57,722 nt of DNA from a virus (Duplodnaviria; Caudoviricetes), in the IMG/VR virus record IMGVR_UViG_3300001336_000012, positions 1-57,722 of that record; one strand, written 5' to 3'. Made by a program: the position numbers and the translations under genes. Shown here piece by piece: positions 1-10,473 of the stretch. The notes below the pieces were generated by a model. That model worked only from the letters and a program-made list of their open reading frames with translations, had not been told where the DNA came from and searched no databases. Positions within the stretch are counted from its first letter, which is position 1. Every line of letters begins with the position of its first letter.

Positions 1-1
1 G

Positions 2-73
2 TTTGAGCTTAACAATTGGTTTAAGCTATTAAGAAAACAAAAAGAGCTTGAAGCAAAAAGAAATGCAGAATAA
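2..73 (+). CDS. 3' end of a truncated ORF, possibly a tail assembly chaperone
   Basis: Open frame FELNNWFKLLRKQKELEAKRNAE* ending just before the tape-measure RBS; function inferred from position only. Confidence 0.45.
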   Translation, partial: FELNNWFKLLRKQKELEAKRNAE

Positions 74-92
74 TAATAAGTAAGGTGATTAT

Positions 93-626
93 ATGGCTGA
101 AAGAATACCAAAGACATTAGCAGACTTATCTAAAGTAATGGGCACCACCGAAATGACCGCAGAATATCTGGGTAAGTTTTTTTCGGCTGCTTCAGAAACA
201 AGATTAGATAAAATTGTAAAAAGAATAAATGATCTTTATAAAACTGAGCAAGAACGCGCGGAAGTTTATAAAGTTATTGCTAAAAAACTTGGCGAACATT
301 TAGATTACAATACAAAAATTGGTAAGCTTGTTCAGGAAACACTTGATAAAGAAGAAAAAATTACTAAACAAAAAGAACAACAAGCTGCGCAAGAAGAAAA
401 AATAAAAAAACAATATGAAAACTATGCAAAAGTTTTAGAAAATGTAGCTAATGTCACGCTTTCTAAAATATTAGAACAGAACCAACATATAACGAAGCGT
501 TTGAAGCAACAAGAAGAATTAATAAAGAAGTTGGACAGTCCATTGCTAATGCTCGTGAGATGGTTGAAACACAAAATGCGCTGCTTACTCGTGGTGGTTT
601 CCGTGGTATTAATATTGGGGATCTGA
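93..626 (+). CDS. Tape measure protein, N-terminal part (apparently frameshifted)
   Basis: RBS AAGGTG; helical, charged sequence; after ~480 the -1 frame reads as the natural continuation into ORF 560..2050. Confidence 0.6.
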   Translation: MAERIPKTLADLSKVMGTTEMTAEYLGKFFSAASETRLDKIVKRINDLYKTEQERAEVYKVIAKKLGEHLDYNTKIGKLVQETLDKEEKITKQKEQQAAQEEKIKKQYENYAKVLENVANVTLSKILEQNQHITKRLKQQEELIKKLDSPLLMLVRWLKHKMRCLLVVVSVVLILGI

Positions 627-2050
627 CAAACCTCTCAGGCTCTGTTCTTATGATGACAAGAGCATTGGGTGATTTTCCTAATGAACTATTTATTAGTTTA
701 CAGCAAGGGTACAGACAATTTGGTGCACAGACAGATCAATTTGTTACACAATTAGGAAATCAAATTAATGCATTCTCTAATACCTTTGGCGTACAAATTG
801 AAATGCTATCACAAACTGTATCATTTATGGTGCAAGAAAATGCATTTCTTTATAGAAACAATATGCAAGCACAGGCAAGAGCAAATCAAAACCTTATTAG
901 AGCTGCAGCATTATCCGGGCAAATGGGTATATCTTCTGCTGCATTTGTATCTGACTTAGCAAGTACATCGCAATTTGGCACTATGTCAGAGATGGCTGAA
1001 ATATATCAAGGCGGTGCATTATTGCAAGGCTTTGATACAAGCCAGTTTCAACAATTAATGCAAGGTGGTGATGCTGCAAGTGCAACAGAAATGCTACTTT
1101 CAAGTGTTGGCCAAACTATTAATTCAATTGATGATCAATATCTAAGAGCAGAATACATGCAAAGAATTGGTGGGTCATTTGGTTTAAGCCGCGATGACAT
1201 ATTAATGATTGCAGCTAATAGTGAAAACTTAGGACAATATTCGGCAGAGCTTGCTGAAAAAATGGCAGACGTCGATAATTCAATGCTTGATGAGCTTAGC
1301 GATCTTAAAATGTCTGTTAGTGATAGACTTGATAACTGGTGGTCTAATACTAAAACCTCAGAAAATTTAGGTAAAGTATTACAAGATGCCGGACTTGTTG
1401 GTGTAAGTGGATCACTTAGATTGATTAATGCTCAACTCGGGCTTATCACAGGACAAAGCTTAAGTGGCGGAAAAATGGCAAGTTCTATTGCAAGTAGATT
1501 TATGGGTGGCGGACAAAGCAATGTACCTATGACATTAGCAAATGCACCTTGGCAACAGGGTGGTGCTACAGCAGGCCCGTCTGCTATGACTAGACTTGGT
1601 TTTGGTGCAGCAGGTATTGCTGGTGGTATTGGTACAAACATCCTGGGTAGAAATATACAAACAAATACAGGCCTTACTGATGCACAAGCAAATATTGGTG
1701 GTGGTGCCCTAAACATTTTAGGTGGTGCTGCTGGTGGTGCTGCAACAGGCTTTGCTATAGGTGGTGGTCCTGTTGGTGCAGTTATTGGTGGTATTGCAGG
1801 AGCATTAGGTGGTATTGCTAATACTATTGATGCCGCAGCTGATAGAAGAAGTGCTATGGAACAACTCGAAGATGAAAAAAGAGCTGCAGCAAGAAGTAGC
1901 CAACAACAAGTATTAACGGGCGATCCAATTGTAGATGCTATTAATAGCATGAACGCAAACTTAACAAATGTCCTAAATGATAACTTCAAAGAAAGCATTC
2001 AAATGTCCTTTGTCCTTGACACAGCAAATAGAACAGATGCAGGGAGGTAA
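560..2050 (+). CDS. Tape measure protein, main/C-terminal part
   Basis: Ala/Gly/Gln-rich helical protein with GGPVGAVIGGIAGALGG segment, directly upstream of baseplate genes; frame open from 467. Confidence 0.7.
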   Translation: MVETQNALLTRGGFRGINIGDLTNLSGSVLMMTRALGDFPNELFISLQQGYRQFGAQTDQFVTQLGNQINAFSNTFGVQIEMLSQTVSFMVQENAFLYRNNMQAQARANQNLIRAAALSGQMGISSAAFVSDLASTSQFGTMSEMAEIYQGGALLQGFDTSQFQQLMQGGDAASATEMLLSSVGQTINSIDDQYLRAEYMQRIGGSFGLSRDDILMIAANSENLGQYSAELAEKMADVDNSMLDELSDLKMSVSDRLDNWWSNTKTSENLGKVLQDAGLVGVSGSLRLINAQLGLITGQSLSGGKMASSIASRFMGGGQSNVPMTLANAPWQQGGATAGPSAMTRLGFGAAGIAGGIGTNILGRNIQTNTGLTDAQANIGGGALNILGGAAGGAATGFAIGGGPVGAVIGGIAGALGGIANTIDAAADRRSAMEQLEDEKRAAARSSQQQVLTGDPIVDAINSMNANLTNVLNDNFKESIQMSFVLDTANRTDAGR

Positions 2051-2055
2051 TGTAA

Positions 2056-3291
2056 ATGGCTAGAACAAAAGCAGAATTTACACAAACACCTTGGACAACA
2101 AATCAATCTTATGTAAAAGACAGATTAACTAAACTTTCTATTGAAACACTTAATCAAATAGAAACCTTATACATTTATAATATAAACACAGAGCAAGAAA
2201 TAAACTTAAAATTAGTTCCAGACCAAATGGCAGAAAGCTACAGCCCTAAAATTGTAACGGTATCTCCATTTGGTGTTGTCACGCCTATTAACTTTTATAC
2301 AGGTGGAAATGAAAAAAGCATTTCTTTTAATTTTAGAATGCATGAAGATTTGCAAGGCATTGGTGGATCTATTTATAATACAGTGCAATTACTTAAAGAT
2401 ATGGCAAAACCTATTTATAGAAATGCAACACTACTTGAACCACTTGTCTACTTTCAATTAGGTGAACAATTTGTAGGCATGGGTCATATATCAACAACCT
2501 TTAACTATAATAAACCGTTTAGAGATGGTCGCTACACTATGGTTGAAGTATCTATGACATTTGTATTTCATGAGCAGTTTGAAGATGATCCAATTGTTAT
2601 TAATGACAATTATATTGCAGAGCTTTCACCATTTGCAATTACTTCACCATTAACTGAAACAAGTGCATATGTTGATGACTTTATTTTGTTTCAAGCAGAC
2701 CCAGATTATTTTATTACACAAGTATTTGGTAGTCAAAAATTTAAAACATACTTTAATACAATTACTACGTCAGTTAATGAATATATACTTGAATCAACAA
2801 ATCAAGGTTGGAATGCAGAAGAAAGAATAGAGTTTAATCAAAGCTTAGAGTCAACTGTTATTTCTCCATTACTTGAAGGCAGTGATGTTGAAGCAAATGA
2901 ATTTTTTTCTAATCCATTTGCATTAAGCTTAATTGAACTATTTTATAATTTAAGAGAAACTATGTTTTCAACAAGAGATACTTCTATTAATGTATTTATT
3001 GAGCGCTTTATAAATTTAAAAAATGCATTAGACGCATTAAGAACAGAATATGAAACATCATATAGAACAAGGGCTGCAGGTAGTGCAGGAACTGAAGACG
3101 TCATTGAAGATGGTATTGGCTGGTATTCAAGAATAGTAGGAACAGATAGTTTAACAGGATTGCCAAGAACCAGGGTAGTACAAATGTCAGATACAGAAAA
3201 AACAGCATTTGTTGAATTGCTAAACTTCTATGAAAATATTATTAATTCTCAAATTTCATTATATGAAGGATTAAGAGGAGCTGGTAATTAA
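2056..3291 (+). CDS. Tail tube-like baseplate protein (tube initiator)
   Basis: N-terminal P-x-x-x-x-E-S-Y...G...P...YTGG..K.ISF pattern typical of tube-fold baseplate proteins; position after tape measure. Confidence 0.55.
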   Translation: MARTKAEFTQTPWTTNQSYVKDRLTKLSIETLNQIETLYIYNINTEQEINLKLVPDQMAESYSPKIVTVSPFGVVTPINFYTGGNEKSISFNFRMHEDLQGIGGSIYNTVQLLKDMAKPIYRNATLLEPLVYFQLGEQFVGMGHISTTFNYNKPFRDGRYTMVEVSMTFVFHEQFEDDPIVINDNYIAELSPFAITSPLTETSAYVDDFILFQADPDYFITQVFGSQKFKTYFNTITTSVNEYILESTNQGWNAEERIEFNQSLESTVISPLLEGSDVEANEFFSNPFALSLIELFYNLRETMFSTRDTSINVFIERFINLKNALDALRTEYETSYRTRAAGSAGTEDVIEDGIGWYSRIVGTDSLTGLPRTRVVQMSDTEKTAFVELLNFYENIINSQISLYEGLRGAGN

Positions 3292-4313
3292 TGTTAGAAA
3301 GACTATACTTTATTTATAATTATGGTGCTGAAAATATTAATGAGCAAGTTGTCATAGATATACCACGGCTCATTCCTGATTCAGTACAATATAATTATCA
3401 GCCAAACTTTCAGTCACAGAGTACATTAGGAAGACGTTCGCCAATTTTTCTTTATACTGGCGGATCTAAAATGTCATATGGTTTTTCTTTAAAACTGCAT
3501 GAAGATATTTTAGACAGCGTTTTAATTACAGAAAATGGGACAACTACAAAACCGGATTCTATTGTTGCATTAGTGGACAAGCTTAAAATGTTAGCATACC
3601 CAATGACACAAAACGACGGCACAATTTCTTATCCAAAAATATACTTTGAAATTGGTGAGCTTTCAGGCTATGGCATTGTTGAAGTGAGTGCGCAATGGGA
3701 AAAACCCTATCGTAATCTAAGATATATACAAGCAAATGTTTCTTTTAGTGTAACTGTTGAAAAAGAAATAGAACCCCCAGCAGTTATATCAAGAGAAGAA
3801 TCTTTAGATTTTGCAGGGCTTGTCTATGACTATAAGATTAATTTAAATTTAACGCAAGAAGAAGCAGAACGTCTCGTACAAAATTTTGGACCTGCATATA
3901 ATGGCACAGTTGAAGATTTAATTAGAGCAGGCGACGTAACTCAATTTACAAAAACAATTAAAGAAGAAATTGCAATAGAAAGTTATAATTATCAAATTGA
4001 GCGGTTAAAAAATCTTAACGTCCTATTTACAACAGAAGCAGGCCAAAACATTGCTGAAGACTTTGATCTATTTAATGAAATTACAAATGGCAACTTTGAC
4101 TTTACAAAACTATATACAGAAGATCAAACAGATGCAAAAATTATTAAAGATATAAAAGATGAGTTTAGAGATTACTTAGACTACTATTATGATGAAGTTA
4201 GTACAGATATGACTCGAGATGAATACTACTTAGTATTAGACAGCGTCTTTACGGTATTAGAAAACCTACAAAAATATGCAGAGGAGATATACGGTTATGG
4301 CCAGAGCAGTTAA
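3291..4313 (+). CDS. Tail tube-like baseplate protein, paralogue of 2056..3291
   Basis: IPDSVQYNYQPNF...LGRRSPIFLYTGGSKMSYGFSLKLHED aligns by eye with the preceding ORF (YTGGNEKSISFNFRMHED). Confidence 0.55.
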   Translation: MLERLYFIYNYGAENINEQVVIDIPRLIPDSVQYNYQPNFQSQSTLGRRSPIFLYTGGSKMSYGFSLKLHEDILDSVLITENGTTTKPDSIVALVDKLKMLAYPMTQNDGTISYPKIYFEIGELSGYGIVEVSAQWEKPYRNLRYIQANVSFSVTVEKEIEPPAVISREESLDFAGLVYDYKINLNLTQEEAERLVQNFGPAYNGTVEDLIRAGDVTQFTKTIKEEIAIESYNYQIERLKNLNVLFTTEAGQNIAEDFDLFNEITNGNFDFTKLYTEDQTDAKIIKDIKDEFRDYLDYYYDEVSTDMTRDEYYLVLDSVFTVLENLQKYAEEIYGYGQSS

Positions 4314-5514
4314 TGTCCTATTAGATGTAGGAGACAAACGATATGATATTAATAAAATGGGCCTAATTAAACTGGAATTTAATAGATTTTTAGGTTCAAC
4401 ACAATCTGCATCATCAGGTGTTTTAAGTGATTTGACAATAACTATGTTTGATCAAACAGGTGACGAGCTTCTTTCAATTTTGCAAGCAAGCCAAAATAAT
4501 CTTAAAATTAGCTATGGATTTGAAAATAATTTGTCACAACCATATAATTTAAATCTACTTAAATTTAATTCAACCTTTAATAATTTAGGTGCTATGGTAT
4601 CAATTGGTGCCATAGGTTCACAAATCAATAGAAAATTTCCAGCAGAAGTTTATCCACCAGGTACAAGCTTTAGAAATATAATATTAAAAATGGCAGAAAG
4701 AAACGGCTGGTATACAGGATCTGAGGGAAGCACAGACTTTGTTAATGTCAATGTACTATTAGATAGAGCATTATATAAAAGCCCAGATGAAACCGATATG
4801 CAATTCTTAGAATCTAAGCTTATCCCACTTGCTAATCAAAGTGCAACCAATACAACAAACTCATCACAAACAACTTTTTTTGATTTTCAATTAGTTCAAG
4901 TTGAAGGTCGTCTCTCTTTGTTTTTTAGAGAATATTCAAGCAGAGGAACTAAAAGAAGAATATGGAAATACGAATATGGTTCTTCGTCTAATAACTCTAT
5001 TATATCGTTGACAAACTTTATTGATTTTTCATTTTTAATTAACGGGGTATCTATTAAAATTCCTATGGTAGCAGAAGATGCAATTATTAGAGATGAAGAT
5101 AGCTTAGAATTAGAAATACAAGATACCATTAAAAATAAGCTTGAGGATATATCAAAATTTATTCGAGACAATAATTTACCAGAAATTGATCCTGCAAACT
5201 TTTTATGGAATGTTGAAGTTATACCTGTTGAAGATACAGGAAATGTAGAAATAGAAGATATTATATTAAATGAAATACAAAAAGTTATTAATGCAATTAG
5301 TACAATTGAAATAGAAGTAATTGGTAATCCTAAAATTATGCCAACAGATCTTATTGATTTAACGGTTAAAAATAAAGACGGCGATTTAAATATTATTTCT
5401 TCATCATCAAGCAGTGGTAGCTACTGGCGAGTTATTACAATTAAAGAACAAATTGGTATGGACGGTTATACAACTCGTATGCAATTAGTGCGTGAAGTTG
5501 TTAACTTTATTTAA
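4297..5514 (+). CDS. Baseplate hub protein (gp27/late control D-like)
   Basis: C-terminal IEVIGNPKI...SGSYWRVITIKEQI..DGYTTRMQL hub signature; start moved to 4297 (GAGGAG RBS). Confidence 0.7.
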   Translation: MARAVNVLLDVGDKRYDINKMGLIKLEFNRFLGSTQSASSGVLSDLTITMFDQTGDELLSILQASQNNLKISYGFENNLSQPYNLNLLKFNSTFNNLGAMVSIGAIGSQINRKFPAEVYPPGTSFRNIILKMAERNGWYTGSEGSTDFVNVNVLLDRALYKSPDETDMQFLESKLIPLANQSATNTTNSSQTTFFDFQLVQVEGRLSLFFREYSSRGTKRRIWKYEYGSSSNNSIISLTNFIDFSFLINGVSIKIPMVAEDAIIRDEDSLELEIQDTIKNKLEDISKFIRDNNLPEIDPANFLWNVEVIPVEDTGNVEIEDIILNEIQKVINAISTIEIEVIGNPKIMPTDLIDLTVKNKDGDLNIISSSSSSGSYWRVITIKEQIGMDGYTTRMQLVREVVNFI

Positions 5515-5525
5515 GGAGTTTTAAA

Positions 5526-5996
5526 ATGGCAAACTTAATGACAAATATTTATATTGCTTATGTTGATGAAATTATTTATAAAGACAATTTACCAACCCTT
5601 GAATTAAGAGTTAGGGTACCAAGCATTCATGGTACTAATGAATTAAATGGTTTAAAAAAAGAAAACTTACCAGTTGCTAAACCCATTATTCCCTTAGGGT
5701 TTAACTATAAAATAGATACACTTGAAAAGGCACTACAAAATATTAATAAAGTATTTGTAATGTTTGAAGCAGGTGATTTAAATAAGCCCGTCTACTTTGG
5801 GCTTAAGGGTAATCAAGATTTATATGAAATACCAAATGATCGAACCGTTGATGTCATTGAGCAAGGAGCATCTGAGCCACCCGTAATTTTAAGCTCAAGA
5901 GAAAACAGAACATTTGCACAGGCAGAAGATCCAGCTACACAAGTGTTTGTAGCAAATGGTGACCTTTGGTTTGATACTTCTGAAAATGAAAGTTAA
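5526..5996 (+). CDS. Baseplate spike OB-fold protein (gp5/gpV-like)
   Basis: LRVRVPSIHG and VFVMFEAGDLNKPVYFG motifs. Confidence 0.75.
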   Translation: MANLMTNIYIAYVDEIIYKDNLPTLELRVRVPSIHGTNELNGLKKENLPVAKPIIPLGFNYKIDTLEKALQNINKVFVMFEAGDLNKPVYFGLKGNQDLYEIPNDRTVDVIEQGASEPPVILSSRENRTFAQAEDPATQVFVANGDLWFDTSENES

Positions 5997-6007
5997 GGAA
6001 TGATAAT

Positions 6008-6400
6008 ATGGCAAATAGAAAAATAAAAAATTTAAATGGACATGTCAATGATACTGATTTTATTCGAGCACAATATACAGTAGCATATGGTGTAAGAAAT
6101 AATAGTCGCTATAAACATATTGATGAAATACTGCTTAGCGATGGCAAAAATATTAAATCAACATTAGGACCTATTGATCTAAGCATTTATCCCTTTGAAG
6201 GCACAAACATGTATACAGTAACAAATGCAGACGAAAACAGAATAGATATTATTGCAACAAAGGTTTATGGCTCTGCGGCTTTCTACTGGGTGCTATGCTA
6301 TATCAATAATATTGAAGATCCCCTAAATGTTCCAGCAGGTACTATTTTATTCACCCCGCCCATAAGCAGTTTAAAAAGATTTCCAAATCCACTTTCGTAA
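6008..6400 (+). CDS. LysM-like baseplate wedge protein (gp53/tail X-like)
   Basis: RIDIIATKVYG...YWVLCYINNIEDPLNVPAGTILFTP. Confidence 0.75.
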   Translation: MANRKIKNLNGHVNDTDFIRAQYTVAYGVRNNSRYKHIDEILLSDGKNIKSTLGPIDLSIYPFEGTNMYTVTNADENRIDIIATKVYGSAAFYWVLCYINNIEDPLNVPAGTILFTPPISSLKRFPNPLS

Positions 6401-6410
6401 GGAGTAGACA

Positions 6411-6776
6411 ATGATAATAGGCGTAGACTACAAAGATATATTTAATAATTCAAAAGCAACCAAGCTTAATTATGGCATTGATATGATTCGTGCAGAGCTT
6501 GAACTATTACTTGGCTTTAAAAAATATTCATTATTTTTTGGAAACGAAATGGGGCTTGACCTTGAAAAGTATTTAGGGTTAAGAAATAGAACTGCAACAT
6601 TTAACTTAATTAAATCAGATATTGAAACGCTCTTTGCAAAGTATAGAAGAGTAAAATTAAAAAGAATTGAAATGTCCTTTAATGAATCAAAGAATGAAGT
6701 TGTTGTAAATGTTACTGTTGCAATGTCTGGCAGAACTTATAACAATATTACAATACCAATCAAGGTACAAAATTAG
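6411..6776 (+). CDS. Baseplate wedge/sheath initiator (gp25-like)
   Basis: Size, position, FFGNEMGLDLEKYL motif. Confidence 0.65.
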   Translation: MIIGVDYKDIFNNSKATKLNYGIDMIRAELELLLGFKKYSLFFGNEMGLDLEKYLGLRNRTATFNLIKSDIETLFAKYRRVKLKRIEMSFNESKNEVVVNVTVAMSGRTYNNITIPIKVQN

Positions 6777-6779
6777 GAG

Positions 6780-8339
6780 TTGTCTATGGATCAAATACAA
6801 ATTATTGAAAAAGTAAAAAGCGCAATTTATGAAAAATTGTCATATACAAATCAAGATTATAATTCAATTATAGCAGAGCTAATTGAACTATTACCACAAA
6901 TTTCACCAAACTGGAATAACGTTTCTGAAGCAGACATTGTCTTTATTATGTTATCACTTATGGCAGCACATAAAGATATTCTAAACTATATGATAGATTA
7001 CAGAACATTAGAAGGGTATATGTCAACCGCAAAAGAAAGAGCATCATTAGTTAGGATTGCAAACTCTTTTGGTTACAAAATTCCAAGCTATAGAGCATCA
7101 AGGGCAACACTAAGAGTAGAGTCTGCAACGGCTGCAAGCGGTTCTGAAATTGCAGCAACTGAGCCATTTACATTACCATCATGGACACGGCTATTAGATG
7201 AAGATGGCATTAGCTGGGCATACATTGGTGATGATAAAACCGTTTCTATTGAAGATACTATTAATGTCTATCAAGGCATTCCAACAAGTATTAATATATC
7301 CATTGCTAATATTGATAATCAGACAAAAACACATATTGTCTCTAACCAAAGCATTGCTATTGGAAATAATGCGGACAACTTGAGTTTGTCTAAACTATTA
7401 ATTACAAAAGATGGTGAAGATGACGTCATTTTTACAGAAGTTGACAATGTTTATACTGACAACAGTGGCTCTGATCTTATTTATCAATTAGCAGTAGATC
7501 CTCAGGGCATTACATTTATTAAATTCTTAGACACATTTAATAAAGCAGACTACGATGGATTTGAAGCAAACTTCTTTTATGTTTTAACTCAAGGCCAAAA
7601 CATTACTTCAATTAGTAATTCGGTTGCAGTATTAGAAGATGCAAATAGTGAAAACTATAATGTTAACTTTGGCGTGCCAACAGGCGGTGCTAACTTTGTT
7701 TTAGGTGCAAGACCATTTGCAGCATCTGAAATTAGAGAAGGCTTTAAACAATATTATGCAGGTATTAATTCGCTTGTTACACTTAATGACTACAAAAGTT
7801 TTATTTTAAATAGACAGCGAGCAGTGCTTGGCATTAAAAAATGTCTTGTCATTGATGCTCAAACAAGCACGTTACCAGGTTTAAATGGAAATGTTGCATT
7901 TACAGATTCACCTGGCATTTATGTGCTTAAAGAAAATAATATGGCATTGACAACAGAAGAAATTAATGCGTTAAGAGCAGAAGTTGCTAAGTTCAAAGTA
8001 ACTGGAGTAATTCCAAGTTATAATGGTGAAGCTGCAGGAGCAGCATTAACAGCAGTGCCTATTGGAATTGAAATTAATAAAATACCAACTGAATCAGCAA
8101 ATGCTTTTAAAAGCTTAATTGCAAATTATATTAATAGCAAAGAAATTGGCACATCAATAACTTCTTCAGAAATTTATAGCCTTATTCAAAACAGTGAGTT
8201 TGCGCCTAACTTTGAAGACGGCATTGCAGTTAGACTTGTAATTTTAAATCAAAGTTCAAGTGATACAAAAGTTTCAATTGCTTATAATGAATATTGGACA
8301 TGTGATACTGACGATATTGAAGAAAACGTTAACTTATAG
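6780..8339 (+). CDS. Baseplate wedge subunit (gp6/J-like)
   Basis: YTNQDYNSI...WNNVSEAD...TAKERASLVRIANSFGYK; TTG start with AGGAG. Confidence 0.8.
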   Translation: MSMDQIQIIEKVKSAIYEKLSYTNQDYNSIIAELIELLPQISPNWNNVSEADIVFIMLSLMAAHKDILNYMIDYRTLEGYMSTAKERASLVRIANSFGYKIPSYRASRATLRVESATAASGSEIAATEPFTLPSWTRLLDEDGISWAYIGDDKTVSIEDTINVYQGIPTSINISIANIDNQTKTHIVSNQSIAIGNNADNLSLSKLLITKDGEDDVIFTEVDNVYTDNSGSDLIYQLAVDPQGITFIKFLDTFNKADYDGFEANFFYVLTQGQNITSISNSVAVLEDANSENYNVNFGVPTGGANFVLGARPFAASEIREGFKQYYAGINSLVTLNDYKSFILNRQRAVLGIKKCLVIDAQTSTLPGLNGNVAFTDSPGIYVLKENNMALTTEEINALRAEVAKFKVTGVIPSYNGEAAGAALTAVPIGIEINKIPTESANAFKSLIANYINSKEIGTSITSSEIYSLIQNSEFAPNFEDGIAVRLVILNQSSSDTKVSIAYNEYWTCDTDDIEENVNL

Positions 8340-8354
8340 TAAAGGAGTACTTAT

Positions 8355-9887
8355 ATGGCAGTAAGACAATATGTAGAAACAAATTTTACTGAAATTGAGC
8401 AAAACTTATTTGATTATGCAGTTGGCTCCTTTCCAGAAAGCGTATTAGTACAAGACGGTGAAGAGTCTGAGGATATACTTGCACTTATTGCAACATTAGC
8501 AAAAGTTATTGGCTCAAGCAAAGAACTTATACTTAATTTAAAAACAGCACATAGCTTAGATGAAATTTTTCAAAAAATTGACAACGATTATTTAGCTGAT
8601 AATAATAAAAAGTTATTATTACCTTTTGTCTTAGATCTTAAGTATCATCGTCTACCACAAAATATTGAAACAGATGAATTATTAGATAGGCTAGTAGATG
8701 AAAAGTATTTTGTTCTTGATAACTATAATCTATATAAAAATAGAGGAACGTTGACAGCAATTACTCAGCTAATTAAAAAATGGGAAGCTTACTTAGATCA
8801 AGAAAATTTGATATATACATTGTATGAGCTTAAAGATGAAGTCAATATTGTTATAGATGGGCTAGAAGAATTTGCGGATTTTGCTGGTGGTAATTATACT
8901 TTTAACTTTAATGATGAAACGATAGAAACAACATTTTTAAGGCAAGATCTTATTATATTTGACATGCTTATGTCAATTAAACCGTTAGGGGTTAATTATA
9001 ATATTCTCTTAAAGTATTTTGCATTTGCTATTGAAAATACAATTAATGACAGAGCTATTAGAGAAGGCTCATTACTAAATGCAGAAATTAGACTAAGTGA
9101 TGCTACATTAAGTAGTTTAGTAGTTACGCAAATAAATGCAGCCACAAATGAAAGTAATAATAATATAGAGGTGTTTGTAACAAATCCTTCATCTGTTTCT
9201 TCGTTAGATGCTTATATAGCAGATTGGAATGACAACAGCATATTTGACCAAGGTAAGTTTAATGAAATTAAAGAAGGCTGGATAATTCCAGATGGGTCTG
9301 GAGTAGGGCATACACAAAATACAGAAGAAAAATTTAATTATATATTTGCTACAACGGAAGAGCTTTTTGAAATAACCGCAGACAATGATACAAATGCAAT
9401 TGTTACAGGGTATAAATGGCAAGAAGTAACAGAAAGCGACTATAATATTGCAAATAATAAATTATCTATAATTGAAAATGTTTTTACTGATGAAGATTTA
9501 ATTAAGCCAACCATTTACGACGCGCAAAATTATGCTGTTCCAGATTATAATTTGTATAATCAAAACGTTGGATCTACTGTTTTAAAATATGTTAAAAGAA
9601 AATTTGGTATAAATAATCAATTAAGAACAACTTATTTTAAGCTTATTGAAATTACTCCTGGAGGCTTCCCCGGAGCACTTAATGAAGAAAAGTATGGCTA
9701 TTTTAAATACCAAATAGCAGAAAATTTTACATATCAAAAAATAAACTTAGGACCTGGGCAAGCTAAAACATTTACTTATCAGTCTACAGATCCAAATTAT
9801 AATTATCAAACTTCATATCTAGCAGTATATGTAACACGACCAAATGATACTAGTATTATAAGCGTTTTATCTTCAGGTCAATTATGA
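8355..9887 (+). CDS. Baseplate wedge subunit (gp7/I-like)
   Basis: LYKNRGTLTAI motif and IKPLG; follows the J-like gene. Confidence 0.6.
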   Translation: MAVRQYVETNFTEIEQNLFDYAVGSFPESVLVQDGEESEDILALIATLAKVIGSSKELILNLKTAHSLDEIFQKIDNDYLADNNKKLLLPFVLDLKYHRLPQNIETDELLDRLVDEKYFVLDNYNLYKNRGTLTAITQLIKKWEAYLDQENLIYTLYELKDEVNIVIDGLEEFADFAGGNYTFNFNDETIETTFLRQDLIIFDMLMSIKPLGVNYNILLKYFAFAIENTINDRAIREGSLLNAEIRLSDATLSSLVVTQINAATNESNNNIEVFVTNPSSVSSLDAYIADWNDNSIFDQGKFNEIKEGWIIPDGSGVGHTQNTEEKFNYIFATTEELFEITADNDTNAIVTGYKWQEVTESDYNIANNKLSIIENVFTDEDLIKPTIYDAQNYAVPDYNLYNQNVGSTVLKYVKRKFGINNQLRTTYFKLIEITPGGFPGALNEEKYGYFKYQIAENFTYQKINLGPGQAKTFTYQSTDPNYNYQTSYLAVYVTRPNDTSIISVLSSGQL

Positions 9888-9923
9888 TCAGGTCAATTAT
9901 TATAATATAAGGAGTAAAAAAAA

Positions 9924-10457
9924 ATGACAGGAAAAATTAATCAAGCGTTTAGACGGCGATTATTAAAAAAATTTATGCAAGATACTGATATTGAAAATGT
10001 TTATCTTATTTTTTCATTAGATAGCGATCGTCAATTGGCAAGTAACGAAAATACAACCACCTTGCCTATTACAGCAGTTCATGATGGTTCATCTAATATT
10101 AGTGCAAAATATGCAGTAAGACTTGACACAAATAATAAAATGCAGTATGCTAAAGAAAAAGAAGATGGAGATTCAGGAACAACAATTAGTATTAGTGGAT
10201 TTGACTATATTGTTTCTGATACATATTCAAGTACAGAATTTTGGACAAATGCGTATTTTAATACAGCCTTAGCAGATACAGATACTGATTTTAATATTGT
10301 TTCTATAGTAATTAATTTAGATTCAACAGATGAAGAAATTACTACATTTACGAATGCATTATTTACAGACGCAGAAATTGTTATGATGACAAAGCCTGCA
10401 ACAAAAAACTTGCAAGACATAGAAAACAACCAGTTTCCAGGTTTAATTAAATTTTAA
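9924..10457 (+). CDS. Probable baseplate structural protein
   Basis: Good RBS; acidic; last gene of baseplate cluster. Confidence 0.4.
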   Translation: MTGKINQAFRRRLLKKFMQDTDIENVYLIFSLDSDRQLASNENTTTLPITAVHDGSSNISAKYAVRLDTNNKMQYAKEKEDGDSGTTISISGFDYIVSDTYSSTEFWTNAYFNTALADTDTDFNIVSIVINLDSTDEEITTFTNALFTDAEIVMMTKPATKNLQDIENNQFPGLIKF

Positions 10458-10473
10458 GTTAAGGAGGTAAAGT

